Shown: piece after piece, positions 12,901 to 27,600 of the stretch | Layout: each line of letters begins with the position of its first letter | Numbering within the stretch: the first letter of the stretch is position 1 | Source: Eledone cirrhosa | Taxonomy: Eukaryota | Direction of reading: 5' to 3' | DNA length: 64,000 nucleotides | Assembly: GCA_964016885.1 (NCBI GenBank) | Contig: OZ024742.1 | Coordinates: 320,540,001 to 320,604,000 of the forward strand | Made by a program: the position numbers and the translations under genes | The notes under the pieces: generated by a model | What the model saw: only the letters and a program-made list of their open reading frames with translations | What the model was told of the DNA's origin: nothing | Databases searched by the model: none

Positions 12901-15615
12901 AGTGAATTGATAGAGTTGATGGGACATCAAATACCTAAAATATATTACAGTGAATTGGCAGGGTTAGTAGAGCATAAAATCCCTAAAATATATTTCAGTG
13001 GCAGAGTTGGTAGAACATCAGATTACAATGTTTTGTGATATTTGTTTCGGCACTTTGCATTCAAATCCTGTCACAGTCAATTTTGCCTTTCATCCTTTTT
13101 GGGTTGGCACCAGTCTAGGGCAGTGGATTGGTGGAATTGTTAGAACACCAGGCATGATAACGTGTATGTTTTTTGGCCCTTTGCATTCCGAGATTGCCTG
13201 TGATATCACTGGTGTCAAGCTATATTGACTTTGCCTTTGGACAACATTAGTGATGTGGAGATAGTTTTCCACAAAACACCTTGCCCAGGCTTGCACTTTA
13301 GAGAGGAACTTTCATATTGTGCAAACCCATTGTCAGCCATGACCAAAGAGGATCTTAATGTATACATTTAACTATATTCCCCATGCCCTACAACATTTTA
13401 AAAAACATTTTCAAGTTCATCATCATCACCGTTTTACGTCCGTTCTTCCACGCTAACATGGGTTAGATGGGTTGTCCTATTGTGGGCGGTAGCCGGTCGG
13501 CTGACCATGCCTTGCTCATACGGGAACTGATTCTGGCTTGTTTTCTACAGCTGGATGCCCTTCCTAACACCAACCTCATTTACAGTGAGTGCTAGATGCT
13601 TTTTTTCCGTGGCGCCTACACGTCCACTTTACAGTGTGGGCTGGGTGCTTTTTTGCCATGGCACCTCCACGACCACTTTGCAGTAGGAGGGTGTGGGGGC
13701 ATATTGTCTATATGCTTCAGCTTCGGCTTGTACCTGTGGGGGGTCGGCTCTTCTGTATTACTGTGTGGCGCCAGAGAGGTGTAATTGGGTAAGGTCAGCT
13801 TTTATCACCTCATCCCAGGTCTTCTTGGGTCTCCACACTCCGCGGTTTCCATCGACTTCTAGTGCTCTGCACCTTTTTATGCAGCTGTCATCCTTCATAT
13901 GCATCACATACCAACGCAACCTCCTCTCCTGCACACAGCATTTGATTCCTCTTATGCTCAGTCTCTCTTTCAATTCGTTTATACTTTGCCGTTCGCGTAT
14001 ATTACTATTATACATCCATCGGAGCATGCAAGCTTCATTTCTTTCTAATCTACGGAAGTCTTCCACAGACAGCGCCCAGGTCTCACTCCCATGTCACATT
14101 GCTGTTTGTCTCCACGCATCATACAGTCTGCCTTTCATTTTGAGGGAAAAGCCTTTTGCAGCTAGCAGTGGCAGTAGCTCCCTGAACTTCTTCCATCCCG
14201 TTTTTACCATAGTTATTGTACTTTCCAAACACTCACCTCCGCTGCTAATTCGGTCACCTAGGTAGCAGAAGCTGTCTACTGTTTTTACAGAGCCCTCCCA
14301 GAGTTTGGTGGTACTTGTTTCCTGTGGCTGTTTGCTGCTTGCTGTCTCAGCACAGCTGCTAGATGTGAAGCCTACATTCTTAGTTAAGCTTCCTGAGATC
14401 CCACTACATCTCTTGTGTACCCATTGTTTGCATTTGGGGCAGAGAATGGCGTTCCTACCTACACCTTTCCTACATACTGAGCAAGGCCATTTCCCTGAGG
14501 GGATCTGGGTTCTGTTTACAATATTTACATTTAAACAATACAGCATCCCTGCATGTCATAAGAGATAACTAAAGCGATTGGCACTGAGAAAGACATAAGA
14601 CTGTAAAATATTGCATAAAAAAAGATCCCATGATGTGTGTGAACCTTATCATGAGACCTGAAAGGTTAACTCCTGCTTTAGCAGGGAGAATGGTTTTAAT
14701 GTTTGCTGTTGCATTTACATCTAAAGTACATTTTGTTCAATTTGATCTTCAATTGTCATAAGGTATCCTAATCCTGGATGCTCACAAAGTCCCATACTCA
14801 ATGGGTTATTGGACTCACACAGGCATATATTGCTTGTATTAGAACCAGGCTAGATATGAAATGTGGAACCCTAAAGCTGGTTTTAGATCCAGACTTGATA
14901 TGAAATGTAGGCCCCTAAAGCTGATAATAGTATGAAATGAAAGCCCCATTATATATATATATAATGGAGGCACATGGCTTAGTGGTTAGAGCATTGGCCT
15001 TGCAATCGAAAGGTTGTGAGTTCAATTCTCAGACTGGGTGATGTGTTGTTTCCTTGAGCAAGACACTTTATTTCACATTGCTCCAGTTTACTCAGCTGTA
15101 GAAATGAGATGATAGGGACTAGGGTCCATATCATTCCACTGCAAAGTGGTCGTGCAGGTGCTACGGCAAAAAAGCACCCAGCACTCACTGTAAATGAGGT
15201 TGGTATTAGGAAGGGCATCCAGCTGTAGAAATCAAGCCAGAATCAGTTCCCGTCCCACCCTTGCAAGCAGGGAAAAGCGGACGCAAAATGAAATGATGAA
15301 AAATGATATAATTATGTTGGTACCACAAAACATCCAGCCCACACTGTAAATTGGTTGTATAGGTATCACGACAGAAAGCACCCAGCCCACACTAGAAATG
15401 TGGTTGGTATTAGGAAAGGCATCCAGCCGTAGAAAACCAGCCAGAAACAGTCCTATATGAGCGAGTCACGGTCACCCGACCCAACTTGCCTCTGATGGGA
15501 CAAACTCGTCTAACCCATGCTAGTGTGGAAGATAGATGTTAAACGATGATGATGATTTCTAATTGTTCATTATGTATTTTAGTACTCAATACTAAACACT
15601 TGATTTATGCATAGG

Positions 15616-15651
<36 letters not shown>

Positions 15652-18600
15652 GTAGTGGACAGAACAGAATAAAAGATCTAGAATGAAAAAGGAGTAGGTC
15701 CTCCTCAAAATCGTAGGCTAACTAACCTATCTGCTCCCTCACCTTTGTTCTGGCATGCCCATACTCAGTGGGTTATGGGACTCAAACATATGAATGAGAT
15801 GTAAAGAAGATTGCTATCTTACAAACCCATCCAATTCATAGGAAGATAAAAAGGATAAAAATTGATTTCTAATATAGCCATTTGGGGAGGAGAAAGTAAA
15901 TTTAAATTGACCACAGTAATTGACTAATACTTCTATTTATTGCTCTTGAATGGATGAAAGGCAAAGTTGATCCTGGCAGGATTTGAACTCAGAACATAAA
16001 GAGCTGGAACAAATGCCACATTTTGTCCGACACTGTAAAGATTTGTCCAATGAGAATGATTATGATATATGTATGATATTAACTATAGTTGATTTCTATA
16101 TTGTTTATAACCAACAGATGTTGCCACTGTTTGTGGGTATTTGGTGGTAAGTCGTCCATTCCTGAACCTTGCTCATCCACGCCATTTGCACAGTACCAAG
16201 AGTGAACTCCTCGAGGTGAGTTTCTTTATTTACTTATTTATATTTTTTTTAAATCTAGAACTTATTTTATCAATCTCTTTCTGTTGAGCTGCTAAGTCAC
16301 ATGCAATTTTCTTTCAAACTACTTATAATTCTTTCCACCTTTCTTCATGTCTATCTCCATTTCTCATTTAAATGTAGTTCTTAGTTTTTCTACTAATCTC
16401 TTACCCTGAGTATTCCACTGTAGACTCTGTCCCTCTGGTGTTTGATGTCATCTGTCTTAGAGTGTGACCAATCCAGTGTTATTTTCTCTTCTTCGGTTTT
16501 CATGTTTACCTAAACTGGTTTGTTATATGTTTAATGTAAATTGAAGATATAGTTTCACTGATATAATAACGATTTTCCTAACTGGTATAATAACGATTTT
16601 CCACTGATATATCTTCAATATAGAATGAATAACTGAGTATGACATAGTATTCTGTTAAATATATATCTAAACCAGTGCTCTCTTGTATCTTTTACAAAAG
16701 ATAAGATAGATGTTGCAGCTCTCAATGTATTGGTAACTGATGACTTCTCTTCCAGACCTCAGGTTGGCTGATAGAACAGAATTTTTCTTAAACAACATAT
16801 TTAATTTTTATATTTTTCAGGATTACTATAAAAGTGGGAGAATGTTGGTCAAAATGGCTGAAGCTACTGGTCGAATTGTATTAGCTGGGCGTGAAATGAC
16901 ACGATTATCAGGGTAATATATATTTGTTATTTATAAAGTTAATATATTTTAGTGGTGGTCAAGAGAGAGCTGAGCATGAATGTTTAGCATCTTTGGTACT
17001 GAATTGCCTCAAAAAGCTCTTGGTTCTTTGACACAAAACTGTTTATTTTGAAATATTTATATTTATTTTAAAACCTTCCATCATAAGTATATGTAAGAAT
17101 CTTTATATTCCAAACATCAGTTTAATAACCAGAAAGTTAGTTATAATTGTAAATCTATCTAAATTCTTGATTATTTTCAAAATGATTTGAAAATCATAGG
17201 CAGTGTTCTTCATTAAAAATACGGTAATGAAAGCGTTGACAGTTTTGTTGGCAATATAGATTGAATTTCTGGATATTCTGTGTTTTTTGAATAGGTATAG
17301 CATACCCCTGGGTGTCATTGAGGTGACAATAAGGGTTAGCATTAGGAAGAACATCAGTTCTTAAAACACTGTCTCAAGAGGTCCTATTGACTCCCTGCCA
17401 GCATGAAAAAGTAAATATTATAATGGTGATGATAATGATGAGTAGGTGAACTAACTAAACTTTACAATAACTGTTATGAAAATATTGAAAACAAAAAGCA
17501 AAATCCCTCAGTGTAGATAAACAATTTAAGTATATTCATCATATTATAGAAGGAAAATGTTGACATTGTTGTTAAAATTGTATATCATCATCGGGTAGGA
17601 CCCCACAATGAGGGGTCTTATCGGAATGCCTTGCTAAAGAATCTCCCTGTACCTCTTGCTGAAAAGACTGAAAAGACTGCGGAATCTACTACCCATGAAG
17701 TGATTGCCATTGGGGTACCAGAGGACAAGGCTGATCTTCAGGCATTTGCTGCCAGCTCAGCCAAAGACCTAGGCTGTGTTCCCCCAAAGGGTGCCCTCCG
17801 CCTTGGTCGACCTGGTCCAAAACCCAGACTCATCAGGCTGTCTTTTTCGGACCCCGCAGAGGCAACCTCATATCATCTGGCCTCTGCTAAAGCTGGGCGT
17901 GAAAATCGGATTACCTTCCGAACACGCCCAGGCCTACCACCCCATGTACGTCCAAAGCTACGTGCTGCAGCTTCCTTGAATCGGAACTCAGCACAAGATG
18001 AAAGTTTTAGTCTGCGTGATGATGGGCAGATCTGGAGGTTTGTCAAGGCTGGTGAAACGTGGAAGAGAGATACCAGCTGGCCTGAGTGGGATCTACCCAC
18101 AATAACTGGCAATGTAAAAACTGCTACAACTCTGGGAAACTAAACCAGAACAACCTGCCACCCTCTACACACCATCATAAACTGCGAGCAGGGTACAAAT
18201 TGTTGTCCTTAAATGCTCGCAGTTTATGCAACAAGATACATCTGTTCGAATCCTACGTCAGAAGCATCGACCCTGACTTCATCACAGTCACGGAAACATT
18301 GGCACATTCCTTACTCTGTGATGGGGTTTTCAGCATTACTGGGTACAACTTTTTCCGCAAGGACCGCATTAACCGCCGTGGTGGTGGTGTGATGGTCTAC
18401 ATTCGTTCAAACTTTTCGGTAATTCCTTGCGTTGATTTGAACGAATCACGGGAAGAAGTTTTTTTTCTGTGACATACGTATGACCATGTCAACACTTCTG
18501 CTTGGTGTTGTTTATCGCCCCCCAAACTACCATCAGGACACACAGCTTTGCGATATCCTCAGAGTTGCTGCCAAGAAAACAGCCACTTATGTGTTTATTG

Positions 18601-21600
18601 CAGGTGACTTCAATCATCCTGAGATCGATTGGGAAACCTTTCGTTGGCCACAAGGTGCAAACGATTTCCTTGAACTAGTGCTGGACTCAAACTGGTCACA
18701 AGTAGTCACCTTTCCAACAAGAGGTGACAACACTTTGGACTTGATCTTCACCACTACTCCTGAAGTGGTTATCAGTTGTACTACTGAGGAACCTCTAGGC
18801 GACTCTGATCATGCTATGATCATTGCCAATCTGGCACTTGAGGGCAGCAACAAAAACCAGAGCCATCTCCAATCTGCTTGCTTTGATTGGAAGAGGGCGG
18901 ATTGGAACTTGTACTGCACTGAGCTACAGCGCCCAAACTGGCATGAGATGTATAACTCTAGAGATGTGAACTCTATACTCCAGAGCATCCTGGACTCAAT
19001 ATGGATAGCGTGTGCAGCATCAGTGCCATGGAAGCGGAAAAATAACCACCCCAAAAGTGCAATCTGGGAAACTTCAGCGGTCCGACTTGCCAGGAAAGAA
19101 CGTTGGAACGCTGAACGGGAATATAAACTGCATAGATCAGATGCCAACAGAAAAAAGCGGAATAAATCTTCTAACCATCTCAAGCAAGTGACAAAGAAGG
19201 CTGTGCTTGAATTTGAACAGTGCATCACAACCAATCCTGACAGTAAGGTGTTCTGGAAATATGTTCATTCAAAGCAGAGACCTCACTCTCCAGTTGGTCC
19301 TCTTCGCAATCCCCACACAAGCCAGATCACTGACGATCCCAAGGAATGCGCAGAACTCATTGCTGAGTGCTATGCAAGTATTTTTACTGTTGAAAACCAG
19401 AATGTACCATCTCCACCATCTCTAACATCAAATTCCATAACAACTATGGAATTTACACCTGCAATGTTGCGACGTCACCTTAAGAATAAGTGCAACTATG
19501 CCTCCCCTGGTCTTGATGGTGTGGCATACCTGCTTCTCAAACGTGGCGGGTATTTCCTTTTGCGCCAGCTTTCTTTCTTCTTTCAATACTGTCTCAACAA
19601 TGGTGCTACTCCGGAGCAGTGGAAAACTGCCAGTGTCATTCCCCTGTTCAAAAAGGGCAACCGCATGTCACCTGTCAACTATCGTCCAGTCAGTCTTACT
19701 AGCTGTATGGCCAAACTGATGGAATCCTGTGCCAGAGAAACACTGGAACTTCTGGAGCTCTCACAGCCTCATCCGGCCCTCACAGTTTGGATTTATCCCT
19801 AACTCCAGCTGCTGTGATCAGCTTCCTTGAGGACATCACCCGGATCACTGACAGCGGCTCATGGGTGGATGTTGTTTACCTTGACTTTGCTAAGGCTTTT
19901 AATTCTGTGCCACACAAAAGACTTATGGCAAAACTCTCTGCAATGGGTGTGAGGGATGATCTTTTCGACTGGTTGAAATCCTTCATTCTCAGCCGAAAAG
20001 AAGTAGTCACGGTTCTAGGACAGCATTCTTCACCATATGAGATGTCATCTGGTGTACCACAGGGATCTGTTCTTGGTCCTCTTTTGTTTGTGGCATATAT
20101 TAATGACATAGATGCCAACTTACAGAATGCCACGGTACTAAAATATGCAGATGACATCAAGCTGTACCTTGAAATCAAAAGGACTGATCCTGAAATTTAC
20201 AACTCTTTCCTACAATCAGACCTGGACACAATGCAGCAATGGATCACAGACTGGCAACTGAAGCTGGCTGTGGACAAGTGTACCACCATGCATTTTGGAA
20301 GGAAAAATCCAGCGTCCACATACTCCCTCCACAACACTGATATCAAAAAGTCCTCTTGTGAACGTGACCTGGGCATTACTGTCAGCAACGATTTGCGTTG
20401 GACAAAGCATGTCTCTAAGATTGTCAAGAAGGCCGAGGGTGTCTTGGCATCGCTCAGCAAGACCTTTGTTAGCCGCTCTCCAGCCATCTATTTAAAACTG
20501 TATACAGCTATGGTACGACCACACTTGGAATTCGCATCATCAGTCTGGAACCCCTATCTTGCTCAGAACATTGACCTCCTGGAAACTGTTCAGAGACGTG
20601 CAACCAAGCGCATACCCTCCATCAGACACCTACCATACTCTGAACGCCTTGCTTCCCTGGGCATGGATTCATTGAAGCTCCGACGTCTGGCAATGGACTT
20701 GGTGAATACCCACAAAGTTTTTAACCATCTCGACAATTGCAAACCTGATCGCCTCTTTGATCTCCATGTGTCTAACACACGTGGACATGCCTACAAGATC
20801 AGAAAACAGCACAGCTCCCATGACTTTCGTAGACATTTTTTCACGCTCAGAGTTGCTGAAGCATGGAACAAACTGCCTGCGTCAATTGTTAGCTCTCGAG
20901 ACACTGCATCCTTTAAGACACTCATGCTTCCCGAAATACGCCACAACTACACTTGATGTACCCCTTCCATACACATGCACACATGTGTGTATCATGACTC
21001 GTGCACTGTTCATTTTACTGATGTTTGTGCATTGCCCTATGTACTGTACATGCACTTTTTTGATGAGTTGTGCACCTGGGCACTGTACACAATATTTCAT
21101 TATTGATATTATTATTATATCATGACTCATACACTGTTCATTTTCCTGACATTTGTACATATTCTATGCACCTTTGATGAGTTGTAGTGCACCTGAGCAC
21201 TGTACACAATAATTTCATTATTATTATTATTTTATATCATTTGATGTCCGCTTTCCCTACTAGCAAGGGTTGAAAAGATCTGCATGAAACATTTTTTTTC
21301 ACGCTCAGAGTTGCTACCTGCATCAGTTGTTAGCTGTCGAGACACTGCATCCTTTAAGGCCTCCATGCTTCCCGAGATTCGCCAACACTACACCTAATGT
21401 TCCCCCTCCATACGCATACACACATGTATATCATGACTCATACACTATTCACTTCCCTGACATTTGTATATTATTCTATGTACTATACATGCACCTTTGA
21501 TGAGTTGTAGTGCACCTGAGCACTTTACACAATAATTTCATTATTTTTTTAATTATATATATAAACAAGAGGAACCTCATGGTGGTCCATAGGTGTGCTA

Positions 21601-24600
21601 GAAATAGCAGTTACATCAGCTAAACAAAGGGAACCTCATTGTGGTCCATAGGTGTGCTAGAAAGAGCAGCTAAATAAGGGAAACATCATGTTGGTCCATA
21701 GATGTGCTAAAAATAACAGCTAAATAGGAGGAACCTCATTGTGGTCCATAGGTGTGCTAGAAATAGCAGCTACATCAGCTAAACATGGGGAACCTCATTG
21801 TGGTCCATAGGTGTGCTAGAAATAGCAGCTAAACAGGGGGGGAACCTATTGGTGGTCCATAGGTGTGTTAGAAATAACAGCTAAATAGGGGAACCTCGGG
21901 GTGGTCATTAGCTATGCTAGAAATAGCAGCTAAATAGTGGGTAATCTCATGGTGGTCCAGAAATAGCAGCTAAATAGGGGGAACATCATGGGGGTTCATA
22001 GGTGTGTTAGAAATAGCAGCGAAATAGGAGGTGCCTCATGGTGGTCCATACTGCTATTTCTAGCACATGTATGGACCACCATGTGGCACCTCCTATTTTG
22101 TTGCTATTTCTAACACACCTACGAACCCCCATGATGCTCCTCCTATTTATCTGATGTAGCTGCTATTTCTGGACCACCATGAGATTACCTCCTATTTAGC
22201 TGCTATTAGGTGTGGTAGAAATGGCAGCTAAATAGGGGACCATCATTGTGGTCCATGGGCGAGCTAGAAATAGCAGCTAATCAGCTGAAGACGGGTATCC
22301 TCACAGTGGTCCATAGGTGTGCTAGAAATAGCATCTAAATGGGGGAACCATAGGTGTGCTGGAAATAGCAGCTAAATACGGGGTTCCTCATGGTGGTACA
22401 TAGAAGTGCTAGAAACGCCCTATTTAGCTGTCATTTCTAGCACACCTAAGGACCACCATGAGGCTTCACCTATTTAGCTGCTATTTCTAGCGCATCTATG
22501 AACAATTATGAGGTTCCCCCTTATTTAGCTGCTATTTCTAGCACACCTATTGACCACCATGAGGGTCTCCTGTTTAGCTGATGTAGCTCCTATTTCTAAC
22601 ACACCTAAGGACCACAATGAGGTTCCCTCTATTTAGCTGCAATTTCTAGCATACCTATGAACCACCATGAGGTTTCCCTCCGTATAGCTGCTAATTCTAG
22701 CACACCTATGGACCACCATAAGGTTACCCCTATTAAGCTGCTATTTCTAGCACACCTATGGACCACCATGAGGTCCTCCCTGTTCAGCTGATTTTTCTTG
22801 CACATCTATGGATTGCAATGAGGTTCCTCCTATATTGCTGCTATTTCTAACACATCTATGGACCACCATGATGTTTCACCTGTTTAGCTAATGTAGCTGC
22901 TATTTCTAGCACGCCTATGGACCACCATGAGGTTTCCCTTATTTGGCTGCTATTTCTAACACACAAGGTTTCCCCTATTTAGCTGCCATTTCTACTACAC
23001 CTATGGACCACCATAAGGTTCCCCCCTATCTAGCTGCTATTTCTAGAATACATATGGACCACCATGAGATTCACCCTATTTTGCTGCTATTTCTAGCACA
23101 CCTAGGGACCACCATGATGTTTCCTTTATTTAGCTGGTCTTTCTTGTACACCTATGGACAGCCCTAAGATACCTCCTATTTAGCTGCTATTTTTAGCACT
23201 TCTATAGACCACCATGAGATACCCCGTATTTAGCAGCTATTTCTAACACACCTATAGACCACTATGAGGTTCCCCCTGTTTAGCTGATGTAGATGCTATT
23301 TCTAGCATGCCTATGGACTACAATGAGGTTCCCCCTATTTAGTTGCTATTTCTAGCACATGAGGTTCCCCCTATTTAGCTGCCATTTCTACTACATCTAT
23401 GGACCACCATAAGGTTCCTTTAGAATACATATGAACCACCATGAGATTCACCTTATTTTGCTGCTATTTCTAGTACACCTATGGGCCACAATGAAGTTCC
23501 ACCTATTTAGCTGCTATTTCTAGCACACCTATGGATCCCTATGAGGTTCCCCCTATTTAGCAGCTATTTTTACCACATCTATGGACTACTATGAAGTTTC
23601 CTTCTTTAGCTGCTATTTCTAGCACACCTATCGACTACCATAAGCCCCCCCCCCCCATTTAGCTGCTATTTCTAGCACACCTACGGACCACCATGAGAAT
23701 TTCAATTATTTAGCTGCTATTTGTAGCACACCTATGGACCACCATGAGGTTCCCCCTATTTAGCTGCTATTTCTTGCACACCAATGGACCAGCATGATGT
23801 TTCTTCTATTTAGCTGCTCTTTGTTGCACACGTATGGACAACCCTAAGATACCTCCTATTTAGCTGCTATTTCTAGCGCTTCTATATACCACAATGTGGT
23901 ACATCATGTGTTAAATCCAGTATCGGGCAGCTCAACTATGCTTACGCTGTGTGGTGGATTTCGACGAAGCCAACTGGCATGTCCCTCTTCCTAGTGGTGC
24001 CATCCCATACTGGGCTATTATGCTATGGCTACACTGAGATTGGTTAGGCACCTTGTATCGGTGCCATCCAGTACTTGGTTCTAACTTGCCTCTTTGCATA
24101 GTGGTTCCATCTAACGCCCCCCTCCACCCAGGTGGTTTCGTATTGTATTAGATCAGTTGGAGACAGTTGCTTCTGACAAGACTCTCTGGAAGGCATATTT
24201 GAGGTCCCTGCCCCCATGATCCTCCCAGGAATAAGTGGGCGAAGAAGAAATTTATAGAGTTGACTATTACATCGATATTACTTTTGAGGAGTTAATTTTC
24301 ATACTAGAATCCCAAATATATCAGTAGTGGAAACTAAAATGATCTATAAGTGAATAAAATAAAAAACAAAAAACAATGTATTACAGTAATAATCGTTTCT
24401 ATTTTTGGCACAAGGCCAGCAATTATCCCAGTGCATTACTGGTGCTTTATCATGTGGCTGTCGCATGGAGAGGGCCCAGCTCCGAAACTGGTGTGCCGCT
24501 GTGAAAGGGCTTCGGTGCAGCAAAATGTTCTGTCCCTTCTCATATTGGTGTCACCAGTGCCAGGCTCTGATACCGTGGTTCCACTGTGATATGGGTTTGG

Positions 24601-27600
24601 TACGACCAACTGGCCTGTCCCTTCTCATAGTGGAATCACGTGGCATCCAATGCCTGAACTGAGGGTCTGTTGTGTGAAGGGTTCGGCGCAGCCAACTGGC
24701 TTGTCCCTCCTCATAGCGGTACCATCCAGTCCCAGGCTGCCAGAGTCCGGTTTCGTATTGACATGTGTCCTCATAATGGTATCACTGGTCCCTTCGCATA
24801 GTGGTACCATCCAATGCCAGGCTCCCAAACTGTGGGTCTGCACCTGTCCATCCTCATAGCAGTATCATACAGTACTGGGCCCCAAAACTGTGATAATGTG
24901 TGATGAGTTTCACATGGCCAACTGGCCACCCTTCCTCATATTGGTGCCACCCAGTCCCGGGCCCCAAAACTGACTGCGCTGTGAGATGGGTTTGGCTCCT
25001 CATATCAGTGCCATCCAGTACCAAGCTCCAAAACTATGGTTCCACTGTGTGATGGGTTGGGCTCCAAAAACATGGTTCCATTGTGAGACGGGTTCAGCAC
25101 GGCCAACTAGCCTGTCCCTCCTCATAACAGAGCCATCCAGTTCCACACTGTAAACATGGTTGGTGTTAAGAAGGGCATCCAGCTGTAAAATAGCAGCCAA
25201 ATTTACAGTCCCCACCAGAGCAAGGTGCAACACATGGCCAACCCTGACCAGACTTGCTTCTCGGCGTGGATGACCCTTCTAATCCATGCAAGCGTGGAAA
25301 CATTGACATTAAATGGAGATGATGATGATGATGATATTTACACATATATGAATTTGCTTGAATAGATAAACACTTTGCTACATAACATTTTCCTGTTGAT
25401 TTAATAATCTCAACTATTTGCTTACATTCCACCAACAGATTCACTGCTCGAGTAATAGAGCTGATGCAAGTCCTTGATGAACTGAACAGAGGAACTTATA
25501 AACGCACAATGGTCATTGAAAATGGTGAGAGTTATTTATTGATTTCAATTGTTGGGAAACCATGAAAGGATTAATTTACATATAAACCTCATTTACTATT
25601 ATTATATAGTAGTATGGATTGGCAGTATCGGTAGAGGGTCGGATGCCATGCTTTGCAGCAAAGAGTTACGGCGCTTTATGGTCTAAGTTCAAATCCTGCC
25701 GAGGTTAACTTAACCTTTCATCCTTACGGGGTCGATGAAATAAAGTACCAGTAATACACTGGAATAATTGCTGGCTTTGTGCCAAAAGTAGAAACAATTA
25801 TATAGTAGTAATGTGTATGCATGATGGAGTCTTGGCCACTTTAACCCTTTAGCATTTAAACCAGCCATATTTGGCCAGAATTCTCTCACCTCTTTCTGTT
25901 CAAACTGGCTGTAATTGGCTGCTCATACTGATGTTAAGGTATTGTTCTCATGTGAGATGATTATGTGAGGTAAAGCCTTTACTGTGAAGATGTAATGTAA
26001 ATGCTAAAGGGTTAAACCTGATGAAGCCATGTCTGAACATGGCATTTTTTTCCAGAGAGAGAAAGTGGAAGGATATGAGAAAGAGATATAGAGGAAGAAT
26101 CAACCTCAGTACTGGGCTGGTACTTTTTTTTTTATTGATCTCGAAGGGATGAAAGGCAAAGTTCACCTCAACAGGATTTGGACTGAGAGAGCACAGCAGA
26201 GTGCCAGAACAAAGACCACAAAGCATTCTGATGTTCTAACAATTCTACCAATTCACCACCTATATAGTCATAATAGGTAATAACTATTATAGTTAACTTG
26301 ATCTGTTGCCTTGGGTGTTTTTAATGGAACCCAATCTCTTACAAGCATTTGGGCCAAGTCTCCAGTTTGAGGATACTTTCTCTCTTTCCCACTAGCTTCA
26401 AAAACTCTGAAAGAGGTCATGGACCCCCCCCCCCCCCCCCCCGTCCAACTAAACAATAAAAAGATATGAACTATTTTTATATTGTAGTGACTTATTCAAA
26501 ATAAACAAACAAATAAAACTAACATGATTTGTGATATGAAGGACATCCAGCTGTAAAAACATAGTAATATGGTAGGAACAAACAGAAACAACACAGGTTA
26601 GAGGGGATTCTTTAGTGTTATCAAGAGCAACCTCTTTAATGCTGGAAGCATGATAATATAAATCCAGTCAATGCTGTAAAGTGGTTTGTGATGGGTGTGT
26701 CATCACACCATTAAACCATGACATAAACAACCACAAAGTTGATCAGTTTTCTATATTACTCTGTGTGTATGTATGTATGTATGTATGTATGTATGTCGCA
26801 TGGTCGGGTCGTCGGCGACTAAACCGGCAATCCCACCAAGTTTACTTGGTGAGGAGGGTGATTTTGGACACCCTGCAGGACAAAAAACAAAACCTGACAA
26901 AGGGCAGAAGAACTCATAAGGGTCAATGGCCATCCAAAAGTGTGTAAATATGTATATACACATATACATGTGTGTGTATATGTGTATATACATGGGTGCA
27001 TGTGTATGTATATGCGCGGGGACATAGTAATAGTCGGGCTGGACACCTGATCGCGCGGTTAAACCACTGGGAGTGAAGGACCCCTAGCCTTTCTCAGGGC
27101 ATTCTTCTAGGAGAAGGCAACTCAGGAAACTGGGATAACTCCGATATAAAACCAGCGGCTCAGTAGTTACCGATGATGTTGATCTTTTCTTCTTTTCGGG
27201 TTATAGCTACTGTCGCTCAGAGAGTGGGATTGGCTCAGTGCACAGTCTTTCGTCACTTTAAAAAATATCTTCACGCACAGGCATTGCACGTTAGAATTAA
27301 TTAATTATTATTAATAATGGTATATCGGGCAATGGCCATACTCGATAACGAGGGGGCAGCCATCATCATCATGTATGTATGTATGTATGTTTCAGATGAG
27401 GAAGCACTATGGTGAATGGCAAGATACTATGAGGCTTGTCAAATTTATGCCAGCATGGAAAAAATGGATATATAATGGTGATGTTGATTAAAAGGAGAAA
27501 GGATCTTCATATCGTTTCAAGTGAAATGCATAAATTATCATCATGATCATGAATTTATGTCTGTTTTCCATACTGGCACAGGTTGGGTGAGTTATTAATG

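Noticed and set aside
12778-13038. 86-aa ORF with a 16-aa repeat
   Set aside because: Intronic 48-bp tandem repeat next to a SINE head; no evidence of coding.
14965-15040. tRNA gene
   Set aside because: A and B boxes are present but the acceptor stem does not pair and the sequence runs into a SINE body; it is a SINE head.
26018-26050. CTGATGA followed by a 7-bp hairpin GCCATGT/ACATGGC
   Set aside because: No GAAA or stem III follows, so it is not a supportable hammerhead.
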